Positions 25,247 to 38,684 are shown, numbered from the whole stretch's first letter. The stretch: DNA of 63,428 bases, filler included, from Octopus bimaculoides (GCF_001194135.2; 7 parts of 6 records of this genome joined end to end with filler, not necessarily neighbours in it); one strand, 5' to 3'. Numbers and translations: made by a program. Notes: generated by a model from the sequence alone, not told the origin.

Positions 25247-27043
25247 TTGTTCTATACACATTTACACAAATTCGGAAAATGAAATATATATGTATGTATA
25301 TGTATGTGTATGTATATATATGTATATATATATNNNNNNNNNNNNNNNNNNNNNNNNNNNNNNNNNNNNNNNNNNNNNNNNNNNNNNNNNNNNNNNNNNN
25401 NNNNNNNNNNNNNNNNNNNNNNNNNNNNNNNNNNNNNNNNNNNNNNNNNNNNNNNNNNNNNNNNNNNNNNNNNNNNNNNNNNNNNNNNNNNNNNNNNNNN
25501 NNNNNNNNNNNNNNNNNNNNNNNNNNNNNNNNNNNNNNNNNNNNNNNNNNNNNNNNNNNNNNNNNNNNNNNNNNNNNNNNNNNNNNNNNNNNNNNNNNNN
25601 NNNNNNNNNNTATATATATATATATATATATATGAAGCTGCTATATTACGTTTCACGTTTGAATTACCGAGCGTCATAAAGTAAGTTGTTAGCTATGGCA
25701 AAGCAGAGACCCTCGGTTCAATTTCACTTTGCAGTGAGAGTCACTTCAGTACATTAATGTTGTTAATGCGTGTCAGACAATCATATACATTCTCCACCAC
25801 CTTGTCCTCAAAAGAGACTGGGTCTTTGTGTCTTACCATAAAGAGTAAATGATTTCTTAGCTGTACTACGTTTTCATCTTTACTGTACCATATAGACATG
25901 ATGGCTGTAAACTCGTGGACGAGTATGACCATCACTGACAAAACAATGGATATACAAAATATTAGGTTCAATAAGACTTGCACAATACATAACAGACCCT
26001 CTCCACCCCATTGACATGATCCAGAGACAAGCCGAGACAAAATGTCTTGTGCCAATATGGGACACAGGTTTAAGAATGTAGGACCTCAAGCGCAAGTAAA
26101 AGACCCCAGAATACTCAATGCCTTTTCCGGTTTTATATCAACTGACCTCCTAGAGACATGCTTCAATAAAAGCTGAAGGGAGTCTTACTTCCAGTGGTTT
26201 TCTAGCACACTGCACATCAACCCAGTACATCTGAGTGCTAGATAATCGTTAAACCTGCATTGGATTCATCCGTCATTTTGACAGGTCTTGTTAGTCTTTC
26301 TGGATTTCTAGCAACCGTCTTCACCAACCTTAGCTTGGCGGGGCTGCCGGTTTAGTCGCCGACGATTCGACCAAGCAACTAGCTGTACTGGATTCCATGT
26401 TACCAGTAGCACTCGTGTGTATGTATGTCAGGTCATTTGTAAGGTCTATACCTTACAAGTGACCTGACATACATACATAGATACACACATAAATATATAT
26501 GGTACATGCACATATAAATGTGTCTAAGTATGTATACACAGACTCAGTCAGAGAAAACTACATTTTTCCGCACGAGTATAAGTATAATGAAGTAAAATTG
26601 AAAATGCATTTGAAGTTTTTAAGAATATTTTCTATTAAATTAACCGGTTTCACAATTTCGTGGTTTCCAAAAGTAGTGGGAGGTGAAGTAACATGTCGCC
26701 ATAACTGTCTCGCCTCTGGCCGGCGTTTGGAAATGCCCTTCCTTTTATGGAGAAATTGTCGCTCAAATTGCCATCTGTAAAGGTTCAGCTTTATTAGTTA
26801 AACATGATCACTAGGTCAGGCACAGAATTTGGTTAGTTCTCTGCGATGTTAGGGTATTCGGGCCATGTGATTTTAAGATCCGTAATTCACCAAAAGTTAA
26901 CGCTGCATTATTCCAGTGGGCGTCTCAAATGATAGTATGAACATACATACAGTAGCACATTGTGTCCGCATGTTAGGTCACGTGACATGCAGTTTTATAC
27001 ATACAAACCATACATATATGCACAAGCATATACATATATACTC

Positions 27044-27089
<46 letters not shown>

Positions 27090-27097
27090 TTGTCTAT

Positions 27098-27138
<41 letters not shown>

Positions 27139-27516
27139 CGTGCGCGCGCGCATGTGTATTATACAGAGTTTCGATAAATTTCCTTTCCAATTTGAAAAAT
27201 TCATTAAAAGTCGGGGATAATAAACACCTTTGAAGGCAAACAAAAGTGATTTGAATATCGAAACAAAGTACATAAATGAAGACTTCGATAACATTTGTCT
27301 AACATGCAAGGAAGTTGATTGAAGAAAGTCAACTATAATAAATACAATAAATATAATGTACTATTATATAATAAATAAAATAATAATTATATAATAAATA
27401 CAATAATATTTATATAATAAAAACAATAAATATAATGTACTATAATAAATACAATAAAGTGTGCAAAATAATTTATGAACACCCAAGTATATATGTACAC
27501 ACACACACACACAAAC

Positions 27517-27572
<56 letters not shown>

Positions 27573-27637
27573 GTATAAAAATTAAAAGGATGGCTTATTA
27601 GCAATTAGAACCTAAAGGCAAAATTAATAGAGGTTCC

Positions 27638-27826
27638 AAAAGTGATGGAGGGTGCTGGTTAGTACTGCTTATGTTAAAAATAAGAGTTAAATTAACTCTA
27701 AAGCCACTAACGCACTAAATTTACCTCCCTTTGTCTGTCATTAATTTAATGATTTAGTGGCTTTAGAGTTAATTTAACTCTTATTTTTAGCATAAGCGAT
27801 GCTGGCCAGCAACCTCCGTCACTTTT
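27638..27826. repeat. Inverted repeat / small MITE: 73-bp arms, 43-bp spacer
   Basis: Arms 27638-27710 and 27754-27826; the inner 35 bp are perfectly complementary. Confidence 0.9.
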
Positions 27827-28035
27827 GTGTCCAATATATATAGCAAGAGGAAGGATATGAAATCTAAGCAGATACCGAATTTCTCTGAGGAAAATGCCAA
27901 GGCTAGTTCCTTCTGATGGTGCTCTCATTCGATGTAGCAGGTTATTTCTTGGCTACTTAGAGTGTAAAGTACAATATTGATAATAAGGAGAATGAAGAAT
28001 TTGAAATTCAAACTAAGTTTATTTCCAATTAGTAT

Positions 28036-28132
28036 AATAGTCCGACACATGTTTCGATCGCACCAATCACATATTGTTACATATTCATATGCAACGATTT
28101 ATACATTATTGGTACGACCTCTTCAGGACATA
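28036..28132 (-). ncRNA. Hammerhead-ribozyme-like motif (type I-like) in a Penelope-like context
   Basis: Minus strand CUGAAGA (28126-28120), 12-bp stem II GGUCGUACCAAU/AUUGGUGCGAUC (3 G-U pairs), GAAA (28055-28052), then CAUGUGUC GGAC. Stem I register is imperfect. Confidence 0.5.
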
Positions 28133-29904
28133 TAAATATGTTTGAAGAGGAATTTTCCTCCTCAATTAGTTTGAATTAGACTTGGTAGCAGTAGTAGTAA
28201 ACTTTGAACATTCCACAATGAGTTGTTTTTCTCAAATGTTTGGGTGAAAAACAGTAGCATCAATAGCAGTGATTGTTAGGGTAGGTCAGCAATTGTTCCT
28301 GACTAGGCTGGGAGAGGTTAATTATATAATACTTATTTTTTTAATGATACTACATACTTTATAGTCACGAAAGCTGAAGAAGGGTAATATTCTTTATGTT
28401 GCATGTCTCGTTTCTCTGTTTGTTTCTTTTCGTTGTTCGAAAAAAACGTTCGTTTTCTGTTTTCGTCTTTATGTTTTCGTTTCTCGTTGTGTTTAAGGTT
28501 TTTTGTGATGCCCTGTACCCATATATGCTTGTATGTATACATATAGATGTCGGTATGTACATATATGTATGGATATATGCATATAATTATATATTATTTA
28601 TGTTATTATATATATTTATATATATAGATACACACACACAACTGAAAGAACTACTAATGGTCTTATGCTATTACGATACTTGAACGCTTGAACACTATAC
28701 ACATAGGCTTGTAAATATATTTGATATTGTTTCTGTTTTAAGTTCAACGGGTAAAAGCCAATTATTTCACGTTCTTCCGAAGTTTCTAAAGTATTATGCG
28801 AACAATACGCATATATACGTGAATGTATATATATATATATATATATATNNNNNNNNNNNNNNNNNNNNNNNNNNNNNNNNNNNNNNNNNNNNNNNNNNNN
28901 NNNNNNNNNNNNNNNNNNNNNNNNNNNNNNNNNNNNNNNNNNNNNNNNNNNNNNNNNNNNNNNNNNNNNNNNNNNNNNNNNNNNNNNNNNNNNNNNNNNN
29001 NNNNNNNNNNNNNNNNNNNNNNNNNNNNNNNNNNNNNNNNNNNNNNNNNNNNNNNNNNTATATATGTATATGTATATATACACGGGTGTATAGATGATTG
29101 GGTTGATAGATATATAGATATATAAACTGAATTTGAGATGTATAGAGGGAGGTTCAGGAAAAATATAAAGCAAACAAGGAAACATATGTTTACGCGTTTG
29201 TAAGCATGTGTACTTGAACGTGTGTGCTACTACATATGTGTGTGTGTGCGTGTGTGTGTGTGTGTGTGTGCGTGCGTGCGTGCGTGTCTGCGTGAATGGA
29301 TGTGTGCGTGTAAGCACCTGATATGACACGTTACAAGCCACTTATGAAAGAAACGAGAAGGTGTGAAGTATTAGACAGATGTGTGAGGTTAATTAGTTTA
29401 ATGTTGTCGCTCAAGAGATTGATGTTAGTGATCAGGAAAAAACATTTAAACGCACCCAACAAAAGATCACTTATCAGATATTTAGTTTAAAAGATTTTTT
29501 ATGCATTTATATTTATTTTATACAATATTTGTTCCGCTTCACTGTTCAACGCTTTGTTACAGTTTAGTGACTTCAGTTTTAGATTTCGTCTACTTCCTAT
29601 GTTTTACAGGATGTTGATTTTGTACTACTTTCTAAAAACTTTCAATCAGTGTAGAGATAACCTGTATATCTGACATTGATCTCGTGTACACTGGGTTTAT
29701 AACCTTTACATTTTTTCTCTTTTTCTCTCTGTGTGTATGTGTCCTTTACTTGTCTTACGGTAATCCTGGGTATGAAAGACTTATTACATGGATATTCAGC
29801 CAATGGAATGTTTAGGCAAGTCACTTAACTCAACCAGTCTTGCAATGGTAGTGATGATGATGAGAAACATATCTATTTCTTTTTTGTTTCTTTCAAGGCG
29901 GCAA

Positions 29905-30400
29905 GATATCAGAATCGTTAGGGGCATTTCTCTGTCATTACGTTCTGAGTTCAAATTCCGGGACCGATAATATAAAGTACTACTCAAGAACTGAGATCAA
30001 TGTCATCTACTAATTCCACCCCCAAATTTCAGGCCCTGTGCCTACAGAAGGAAGTATTATTTCTTCATTCCTAGAATCGTAAGCACGCCGGATAAATTAC
30101 TTATTGGCATTTTGTCCGTCTTTTGCCTTTCATCTTTTCGGGGTTGAACTAATCAACTAACTTTTCACCCCCACCAGCAGTTTTAGGCCATGTACTGATT
30201 GCAAGAGGAATCATTTCTTCTCTCACTGAATGGTTAGTACGCCGGACAAAATACTTTGTGGCATTTCGTCCGTTTTTACGTTCTGAGTTCAAATTGTGCC
30301 GCGGTCGACTTTGCCTTTGGGGTCAATGAAATAACTAGCAGCTGAGCCTGGGATGGATGTAATCGACTAAGATCCACCCCTGTTATTTCAGGCCTTACGT
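29905..30400 (+). mobile_element. Cluster of three degenerate SINE family B copies
   Basis: Repeated AGAATCGT...GCATTT...CGTTCTGAGTTCAAATT heads at about 29910, 30075 and 30230. Confidence 0.7.
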
Positions 30401-30969
30401 TGTGTCACCCTCAGTACGTGAAAGAATTTGACGTCGACAAATTATCAGAGATATACGACTGAATAAAGAATGTGTTTTAGCATTTAGTTTTATTCTTCAA
30501 CATTTCAAGTTCCAATAATACTAGAGTCAAATTTTATTTCAATTTTCTTTTTTGTTTGTTGTTATCAAATTAGATAAATGCCAGTGATATATTGTTGTTG
30601 GCTCATTTGATTATAGCACCTTTTCCGTAAAGAAATGAATAAATGATTGAGAGAAAGGGTACAGCGATAAAAGAGGTCGAGCAAAAAACTGGTCATCATA
30701 GTTACCAAAAGGAAAAGATATTCTGGACCAATAATAAGACTGAAACTTAACTGTATGTTTTCTTCGAACCAGAAGACATTATTCAGAATTCCGCCAGGCA
30801 GAGCTGAAGAAAATATTTATTCAGTTTCTTTTTGTGAAGACTAGGTTTTCTGAGCAGCATTATGAAGTAAAGGTATACACAATATAAAATGCTGACTGGA
30901 TAAAGCAGGTAAGCAGAAAACTTGCAAGTGTTATTTGGGTTTTGTATTTGGTTAGCAAGATTCTAGTTA

Positions 30970-31115
30970 GGTGCAGGCGTGGCTCTGTGGTAAGAAGTTT
31001 GCTTTCCAACCACAGGATTCCGGGTTCAGCCGCACCGCGTGATACCATAGCAAATGTCTTCAACTATAGCCTTGGACCGACAAAAGTCTTGTTGTGAGTT
31101 GATTTGATAGACGAA
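30970..31115 (+). mobile_element. SINE family A 5' head (tRNA-derived)
   Basis: GGTGCAGGCGTGGCTCTGTGGTAAGAAG (A-box-like) ... GGGTTCAG (B-box-like) ... CAAATGTCTTCAACTATAGCC. Confidence 0.75.
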
Positions 31116-31134
31116 GCAGTATATGGGGATGGGA

Positions 31135-31735
31135 CAATAAGCGTAAGCCAATGTCAACAGTAGTTCTAGAAATTCCGAGACGGAAACTTCAGCCTAGGAA
31201 CCTGTTTTGGACCGAATAGTGACTTGTGACTAGAAATGGGTTCTCTATAAAAATGTCAAGTGCCGGAGACACTGGGTAGGGAAAGGAGAAAAACTGGCTA
31301 CGCAAGCTAAGAAAGGTCTTCACCCACGTAAGGTGTTGTTATCTGTTTGGTGGGGTATGACGAAAGGTGTTCTTCTATCAGGGTAATGCTCAGCTACATG
31401 CAGCGAGAATTACATTCGAAAGGCTGGAGCAGTTTGAGTGGGAAACGATGCCCCACTCACGAAATTCGCCGAGCATTACCCCATCTGATGATTCCGCAGT
31501 CTTCAAAATCATTTGGACGGAAACAATATGAATTCTGTAGATGAGGTCAGAACAGTACTCGAGGAGTATTTTTCGTTACGGACAAGTAAATTTTGGAAGA
31601 GGGGCCTTGCAAGTCTACTAGATAGGTGGAAGAGCATTGTAGAAAATGAAGATTAAAAAAGAATTTTGTGTATCTTAATTATGAAATATATAAAAGAAAA
31701 AAAGAAAAATCTGCATTATTTATGGGCTGACCCAA
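31135..31735 (+). mobile_element. Mariner (DD34D-type) transposon remnant, 5'-truncated and internally deleted
   Basis: Broken translation: VTCD*KWVLYKNVK, GLHPRKVLLSVWWG, PSD..FRSLQNHLDG, KRGLASLLDRWKSIVENE. Right TIR ...TTATTTATGGGCTGACCCAA followed by TA. Confidence 0.85.
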
Positions 31736-31749
31736 TATATATATAATTA

Positions 31750-32300
31750 TCACTGAATGTAACTAGGGTGTACAAAACACCTACATTGCTAGAAATAAGA
31801 GCTAAAATGCTCTAATGCTATAGTTAACGCACATGAATGAAAACATGTACACTAACGGACGATAATTGTCCGAAAAACGCCGACCGAGAATTCGGTGTTC
31901 GGTTTCTCCACACCTGTTGTTCTATTAGTATATATGCTTTCGTCATCCAAGTTAATGGATGATTTAGCGATTCGCTAATGTGTATACACAAAATTAATAT
32001 ACACAGCTGGTGTTTTTTTATACCCACTAGTCACATTTAGTGACAATTATAATTCTCCATTTTGGTGAAACATTGCACCCTGCTGTTTATATTAATTTTG
32101 TGTATACACATTAGTGAATCACTAAATCATCCATTAATTTGAACGACGAAAACATATATTCTAGTAGAGAAACAGGTCTGGAAAAAGCTCTTATTTCTAG
32201 CAATGTAGGTGCTTTTTATACCCTAGTCACATTTAGTGACAATTATAAGTCTCCTTTTTGGTGAAACATTGCAACCTACTGTCTATATTAATTGTATATA
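31750..32300. repeat. Nested foldback structure (two inverted pairs plus one direct pair)
   Basis: Outer IR 31750-31803 / 32186-32239; inner IR about 31912-32007 / 32082-32177; direct repeat about 32011-32100 / 32211-32300. Confidence 0.8.
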
Positions 32301-32629
32301 TTTTTGTTGTATCTTGGAAGGGTCATAATGCTAATAATAAACACATAGACTCATTATATTTCACTTCTTTTATTATTATTAGGCAGCTAGTTAACCATGC
32401 AACCAATTAACTAATCGATTATTTAATTTGTTAAATGGCTGACTATTTGAGTAAATAATAATAAAAGAAATTAAATAGAGTCAGTGCGTGGGTTTACTAT
32501 TTGCATGTGTCAGTTATAGAAAGGAAAGAGGCAAGACTAGGAAAAGTAAAATGTATTATGAGTTGCAGTGGACCATTGTTGGATAGAATACTCTCTGAAA
32601 TACTTCGTATTAATATACAAGCCAGAAGT

Positions 32630-32795
32630 AGCGAGCTGACAGAAACGTTAGCAAAGTTCAAATTCTGCCGATTTCGATTTTGCCTTTTATCCGGTCGGAG
32701 TCGATAAAATAAGTACCAGTTAAACACTGAAGTCGATGTAATCGACTTATCCCGACCCCGATATCGTTGGCCTTGTGCTAAAACTTGAAACCAAT
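32630..32795 (+). mobile_element. SINE family B copy
   Basis: GCGAGCTGACAGAAACGTTAGC...GCCTTTTATCCGGTCGGAGTCGATAAAATAAGTACCAG. Confidence 0.7.
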
Positions 32796-33523
32796 ATATG
32801 AACGAGAATGCTACTTGTTTATAAAACTCCTGCATATGAGTAGATGGTGGATGGAAAAAGAAATCTCTAAAAATGAAGGATGTAAAGACACGAAAGATAA
32901 GTGGCTGCAAATCATCTAACGAAATGTATTTTTGGAGATTCTTTGGAAGACTTCTTTGAAGTTAACCCCACCATCCGCCCCACCAAAAAACAAACAAATC
33001 TCGCAAGAAAAAAAGAGCATTTGCAAAGTGAGGGAAACAATAACGCAAGTAGTTTATAGATAGAAGTCATCTTTTAATTAAGTAACTGAATGGTACAGGA
33101 ATATGTGCTTGTCTTGAATTATATTGAAAAAAGCATGTGATACAATTGCATGTTTCGAAAGCAAGATGAATATTTTCTAAGGTCTAGGACAAATTTTTGC
33201 GCAAATAGCAAATATTTTGGACATTCCTTGATAATTCCCTTTCAGTCCTTTCGTGCACATTTTTCATGTTTTAATTCTAGTATAAACAATGTTACATTAT
33301 ATTGCAATAAAGTATGTATATTTGGAGAAGATTATCTCCAACACAGTCGCTTTTCATTCATAGATGATCTAAAGCTCTTAGTTTCACATAAAAAATTTAA
33401 GAAAGCGATTTGATTGATTACCGAAAAAACCCCGCCAGACAGTGCATCAGATATTCATCTAGTCAAATGTCTTGAGTTGTGTCCTCTCTCTACCTTTTCT
33501 ACCGTTACTTTAATGGCCTCAGT

Positions 33524-33919
33524 GGAGGCACAATGGCCCAGTGGTTAGGGCAGCGGACTCGCGGTCATAGGATCGCGGTTTCGATTCCCAGCAGGGGCGT
33601 TGCGAGTGTTTATTGAGCGAAAACACCTAAAGCTCCATGAGGCTCCGGCAGGGGGGGGGGTGGCGAAACCCTGCTGTACTCTTCTACCACAACTTTCTCT
33701 CACTCTTACTTCCTGTTTCTGTTGTGCCTGTAATTCAAAGGGTCAGCTTTGTCACACTGTATCACGCTGAATATCCCCGAGAACTACGTTAAGGGTACAC
33801 GAATCTGTGGCGTGCTCAGCCACTTGCACGTTAATTTCACGAGCAGGCTGTTCCGTTGATCGGATCAACTGGAACCCTCGACGTCGTAAGCGACGGAGTG
33901 TCAACAGCAACAACAACAA
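33524..33919 (+). mobile_element. SINE family C, full length (tRNA-derived) with target-site duplication
   Basis: A-box TGGCCCAGTGG (33534-33544), B-box-like GGTTTCGATTCC (33577-33588), (CAA)n tail. TAATGGCCTC is duplicated at 33511-33520 and 33920-33929. Confidence 0.9.
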
Positions 33920-34934
33920 TAATGGCCTCTGCTCCTTGAAGCTTTATCGTTTTGTACCACTTTCTTAAAGTAATGACAGACCACTCGTGCCTTCTGCCCT
34001 TCGTATCCATACTGTTTCCACCCAATCTAAACCCCGAAATAGCCATTATACCTAATCTTTCCTTCCGAGCGTTTAAATATCTGGTATTCCCAATCTCCAA
34101 CAATGTCGCCCCAGCCGTTTTTGATTTGTTACACATTGAAAGGAATATTAACTGCATCAGTCGCCACACCATCCACAGAGGTAGACCTAAAACTCATGGG
34201 CGCAGCACCTTCCTCTAGAACTACTTAAGATGTAAAAGAAAGTTTTGTTCAATAGTCCAGTTTATGACAAGCTACATTACTGTATCACTCGTCACACATC
34301 TTACCCACTTCACTCTGCACCAAACAGGGAGCCTCGCTGATACTGGTTTCATAAAAGATACAATAAATATTGTGTTCATTTACAATAAGTTCATTATTAA
34401 GTACGTGTTGAATGTACTTAAATACGCAAACCCATAAAACAGGTACACATACATATATACTCATATGTATGTATGTATATATATATATATATATATNNNN
34501 NNNNNNNNNNNNNNNNNNNNNNNNNNNNNNNNNNNNNNNNNNNNNNNNNNNNNNNNNNNNNNNNNNNNNNNNNNNNNNNNNNNNNNNNNNNNNNNNNNNN
34601 NNNNNNNNNNNNNNNNNNNNNNNNNNNNNNNNNNNNNNNNNNNNNNNNNNNNNNNNNNNNNNNNNNNNNNNNNNNNNNNNNNNNNNNNNNNNNNNNNNNN
34701 NNNNNNNNNNNNNNNNNNNNNNNNNNNNNNNNNNNNNNNNNNNNNNNNNNNNNNNNNNNNNNNNNNNNNNNNNNNNNNNNNNNNNNNNNNNNNNNNNNNN
34801 NNNNNNNNNNNNNNNNNNNNNNNNNNNNNNNNNNNNNNNNNNNNNNNNNNNNNNNNNNNNNNNNNNNNNNNNNNNNNNNNNNNNNNNNNNNNNNNNNNNN
34901 NNNNNNNNNNNTATATATATATATATATATTATA

Positions 34935-36167
34935 CAGTGTGCGTAAAATATTTGAGGACAGATTTATGTTTATAAAAAAACAGATATATAATAACAGATG
35001 ATAACTTTATTTATCAAAAAATGTATGAGGGTAAAAATAAACTTTCTTTTCTTTAATGTTATTCCTTAAATCCACCTTCAGCTTCAACAACTGCTTCTAT
35101 ATGAGATCTAACTCATCTACATGCTCGAATCAAGTGGTTCTGGTTCATTTTCGACATTACTTTGACTATGTCAACTTTCATAGAATCTTTTGTGTGATGG
35201 GCATGTTCATTGATCTTTCTCTCAACAATACTCCACATGTAATAGTCCAATGGATTGAGATCTGGGGAATTAGAAGGCCAAATGTTAGGGGTCATGTGAT
35301 CATGAAAATTTTCAACCATCCTGTGTTACTAGACCCTTTTGTGATAGTACAGAGTATTACTGAAACACATATGGCCTTCCATTGTATATACTGTCTATCC
35401 AGGGTTTAACAATTGTTTCCAGGACCTCAATGTAGTCGACAGAGTTAAATCCAAGACCTTGTGGAAAGAAGTAAGGAGGAATCACATACCTTCATTGCTG
35501 GCTGACAACCCCTAAAACTATGACAGTTGCAGGAAATTTTGTATGCATAACACTTGAAACTTCAGAAGGGTTTGCACATAACACTCTGTCGTTTCTTCTG
35601 TGAAATTTTTGATCTTGGTCGAAGTTTTTCTCGTTTGAGAAAAACCAAATCAAATCTTCTGCTGGATTTTTCAGTTTGTTTAAGAGCATTTTAGATCTGA
35701 TGTAGTGACTTTCCTTTTCTCTTTCTGACAAATTGACCTTTCCTCATCATATATGACTTATACCTGATATTCGTGGACAACATTTCTGACTGTTCCTTCT
35801 GACACATGGAGGTCTTTTGCAATTGACACCATGGATTTTGGGGGATTGTAATCAATGGTCTGTTGAACTTGCTGGATAAATTCAAGTGTTCTGATGATTT
35901 CAGAGCGTTTAGAATGCATTTTATGCTTTGATACTGGTGATATATCTCCATCTTCAGTCTCTAGCTCCTTACAAACTTTGTAGACGAAAGATCTGGCAAC
36001 TTTTAAAAATCGAGATATTTCTAAGTCGCTATGCTCAGCCTTTATAACCACAATAACAGCATGACTCTTCATTTCTTGAGTAAGCTGAGTGTCTGCAGTT
36101 ATTAACTTCTGAAACAAAGATTATACAGAGTTAGCAAAAAATGTCCTCAAATACCTTACGCACTCTA
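34935..36167 (-). mobile_element. Near full-length degenerate Tc1/mariner element, maT (DD37D)-like
   Basis: 26-bp TIRs (34935-34960 and 36142-36167, 4 mismatches), TA on the left. Broken transposase: N-terminal HTH (EISRFLKVARSFVYKV), FFSNEKNF (first D mutated), YVFQ*YS (second-D region), WPSNSPDLNPLDYYMW. Confidence 0.9.
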
Positions 36168-36319
36168 TGTAATCACATGTGAATCGTTGGCGATTTTCTA
36201 CCTCAGTCTTCCCTTCTATTGGACTTCCCTCTGCTTCCGAAGAAGAGCGTCTGCTAATACTTTACGCGTACCACGTCCTCGCATTGTTGTGTTTTTTGTG
36301 TTTGTTCTTCTTTTGGGAT

Positions 36320-36510
36320 TTACTATATATAAATATATATATATATATTTGTCTATACACATGTATATATATTTTTTTAATTTACTCCTTTTCATATATA
36401 TATGTATACATATATATATATATATGTGTGTGTGTATACATATATATACACACACATGTATACACGTTCTTTTATTTCTTTCTTTCACGTATGTATGTAT
36501 GTATATATAC

Positions 36511-36579
<69 letters not shown>

Positions 36580-36751
36580 CATGTATATATATATGATGAA
36601 TATCCTATATGTCTATGTATATGTATATGTGCACATATATATATACATATATATATGTATGTATGTATATATGTACACATATATTCACATACATAAACAC
36701 ATATGCATACATGCATGCATTCATGTCAATAAATGCATATATATATATATG

Positions 36752-36841
<90 letters not shown>

Positions 36842-36842
36842 A
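36320..36842. repeat. (TA)n/(CA)n/(TATG)n microsatellite field
   Basis: Directly visible. Confidence 0.95.
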
Positions 36843-37320
36843 CACACATTGTTTTTTTTTATATTTCATCTATCAATTAATTGATGTACTAAATGAATCG
36901 ATGTCTTTCATGAAAGATTTGGAGTCAAAAGTTGAACTGTTTGACCAAATATCTTCATAACACTTACCGTGAGGATGGTCTTGGTGGTGATTGTAGTGGT
37001 GGTTGCTGTGGTGATTGTGGTGGTGGTGTTGATAAGATGGTGGTAGTAGTAGTAGTAGTGAGTCTAGTGGCGGTTATGCTGGTAAAGATTTTGAAGGAAA
37101 ATGTGACTGCGATCTGGTGCTGCATACGATAGAGATGGTGGTGGTAGTGGTGCTGGTAATGGTATTAGTGGTAGTGCTGTTGTTGGTGGTGATGGTGGGG
37201 ATGATGGCAATGCTGATGGTAGTGGTGGTGGTGGTGGTGGTGAAAGTAGAAGGAAACAGTTGGAACGCCATTAAGAGTTGAGTTAAATAGCAGCTAATGG
37301 CTTCAGTTAAAAGGCCTCAT

Positions 37321-37358
<38 letters not shown>

Positions 37359-37957
37359 GAAACGACCTCGTTCAAAACAGTAGATAACAATTCAATCAGA
37401 TTACAAAGTGTTATTATTTTTCGGGGGAGATTTTCGCTGGTCGAATAGTTTGGCTGGTTGGTTGGTCTGTTGGTAGGTGGATAAGTTTGTTGTTGTTTTT
37501 GTTGCTACTGTTCTTACTGTCCTTTTTCATTTGTTAATCTTTTATCAGCATTTAAATACAAACATACTTACATTCATGTATATACATGTTTATATATATG
37601 TATATGTATATATTTGTGTATACATATATNNNNNNNNNNNNNNNNNNNNNNNNNNNNNNNNNNNNNNNNNNNNNNNNNNNNNNNNNNNNNNNNNNNNNNN
37701 NNNNNNNNNNNNNNNNNNNNNNNNNNNNNNNNNNNNNNNNNNNNNNNNNNNNNNNNNNNNNNNNNNNNNNNNNNNNNNNNNNNNNNNNNNNNNNNNNNNN
37801 NNNNNNNNNNNNNNNNNNNNNNNNNNNNNNNNNNNNNNNNNNNNNNNNNNNNNNNNNNNNNNNNNNNNNNNNNNNNNNNNNNNNNNNNNNNNNNNNNNNN
37901 NNNNNNNNNNNNNNNNNNNNNNNNNNNNNNNNNNNNNNNNNNNNNNNNNNNNNNNNN

Positions 37958-38006
<49 letters not shown>

Positions 38007-38421
38007 TATATATATATATACATACATATATGTATGAGTCTCTATCTTTATCTCTCCATCTTGTTCCTTTCTAATTGGCCGTAGAAATCGCACAGGTTGC
38101 TGAAGTTCATTACCCTTACGTTGATGTGAACATACCTTGTTGACTTGTGTTGGCTTTGCAGTTCCTGCCAGGTGTTCGTGTGTTCGCACCTGGTTGATTA
38201 AATAAAATTACGTTCTGGAAGCCAACCTCTGAGGCATGATTTTTTATTCTATGCCATATCTGAATGCAACATGTGGAAAAGACTGAAAGGAAGTATTTCC
38301 TCTTTTCTGTTGAATTGAAGGTTGATACTGATCTCAGCCTTATTCCAGCTGGCCATAATTAGAGGAGCTTCATTAAGTCTACGTTGAGGCCTTGTCGATC
38401 AAGGATGAGCATGTATCGGCA

Positions 38422-38639
38422 TCTTTTCTTTTATCTTTTCTTATACTTGTTTCAGTCGTTAAACTGTGGCCTTGCTGGAGTAACCACCTTGGAGAACTCT
38501 TTAGTCGAACGAATCGATCCCAGTGCTTACTTTTTTTAAAGCCTGGTACTTATTCTATCGTTCTCTTTTGCTGAACCGTTACGGGGAGGTAAATCCACCA
38601 ACACCGGTTGTTAAACAGTGGTGGGGACACAGAGACAGA

Positions 38640-38684
<45 letters not shown>

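Noticed and set aside
25740-26110. Possible LTR-retroelement or gene fragment
   Set aside because: No recognisable motif in any frame, with several stops.
33524-33600. tRNA gene
   Set aside because: A/B boxes are present but run directly into a SINE body with a tail and TSD; no complete cloverleaf is supported.
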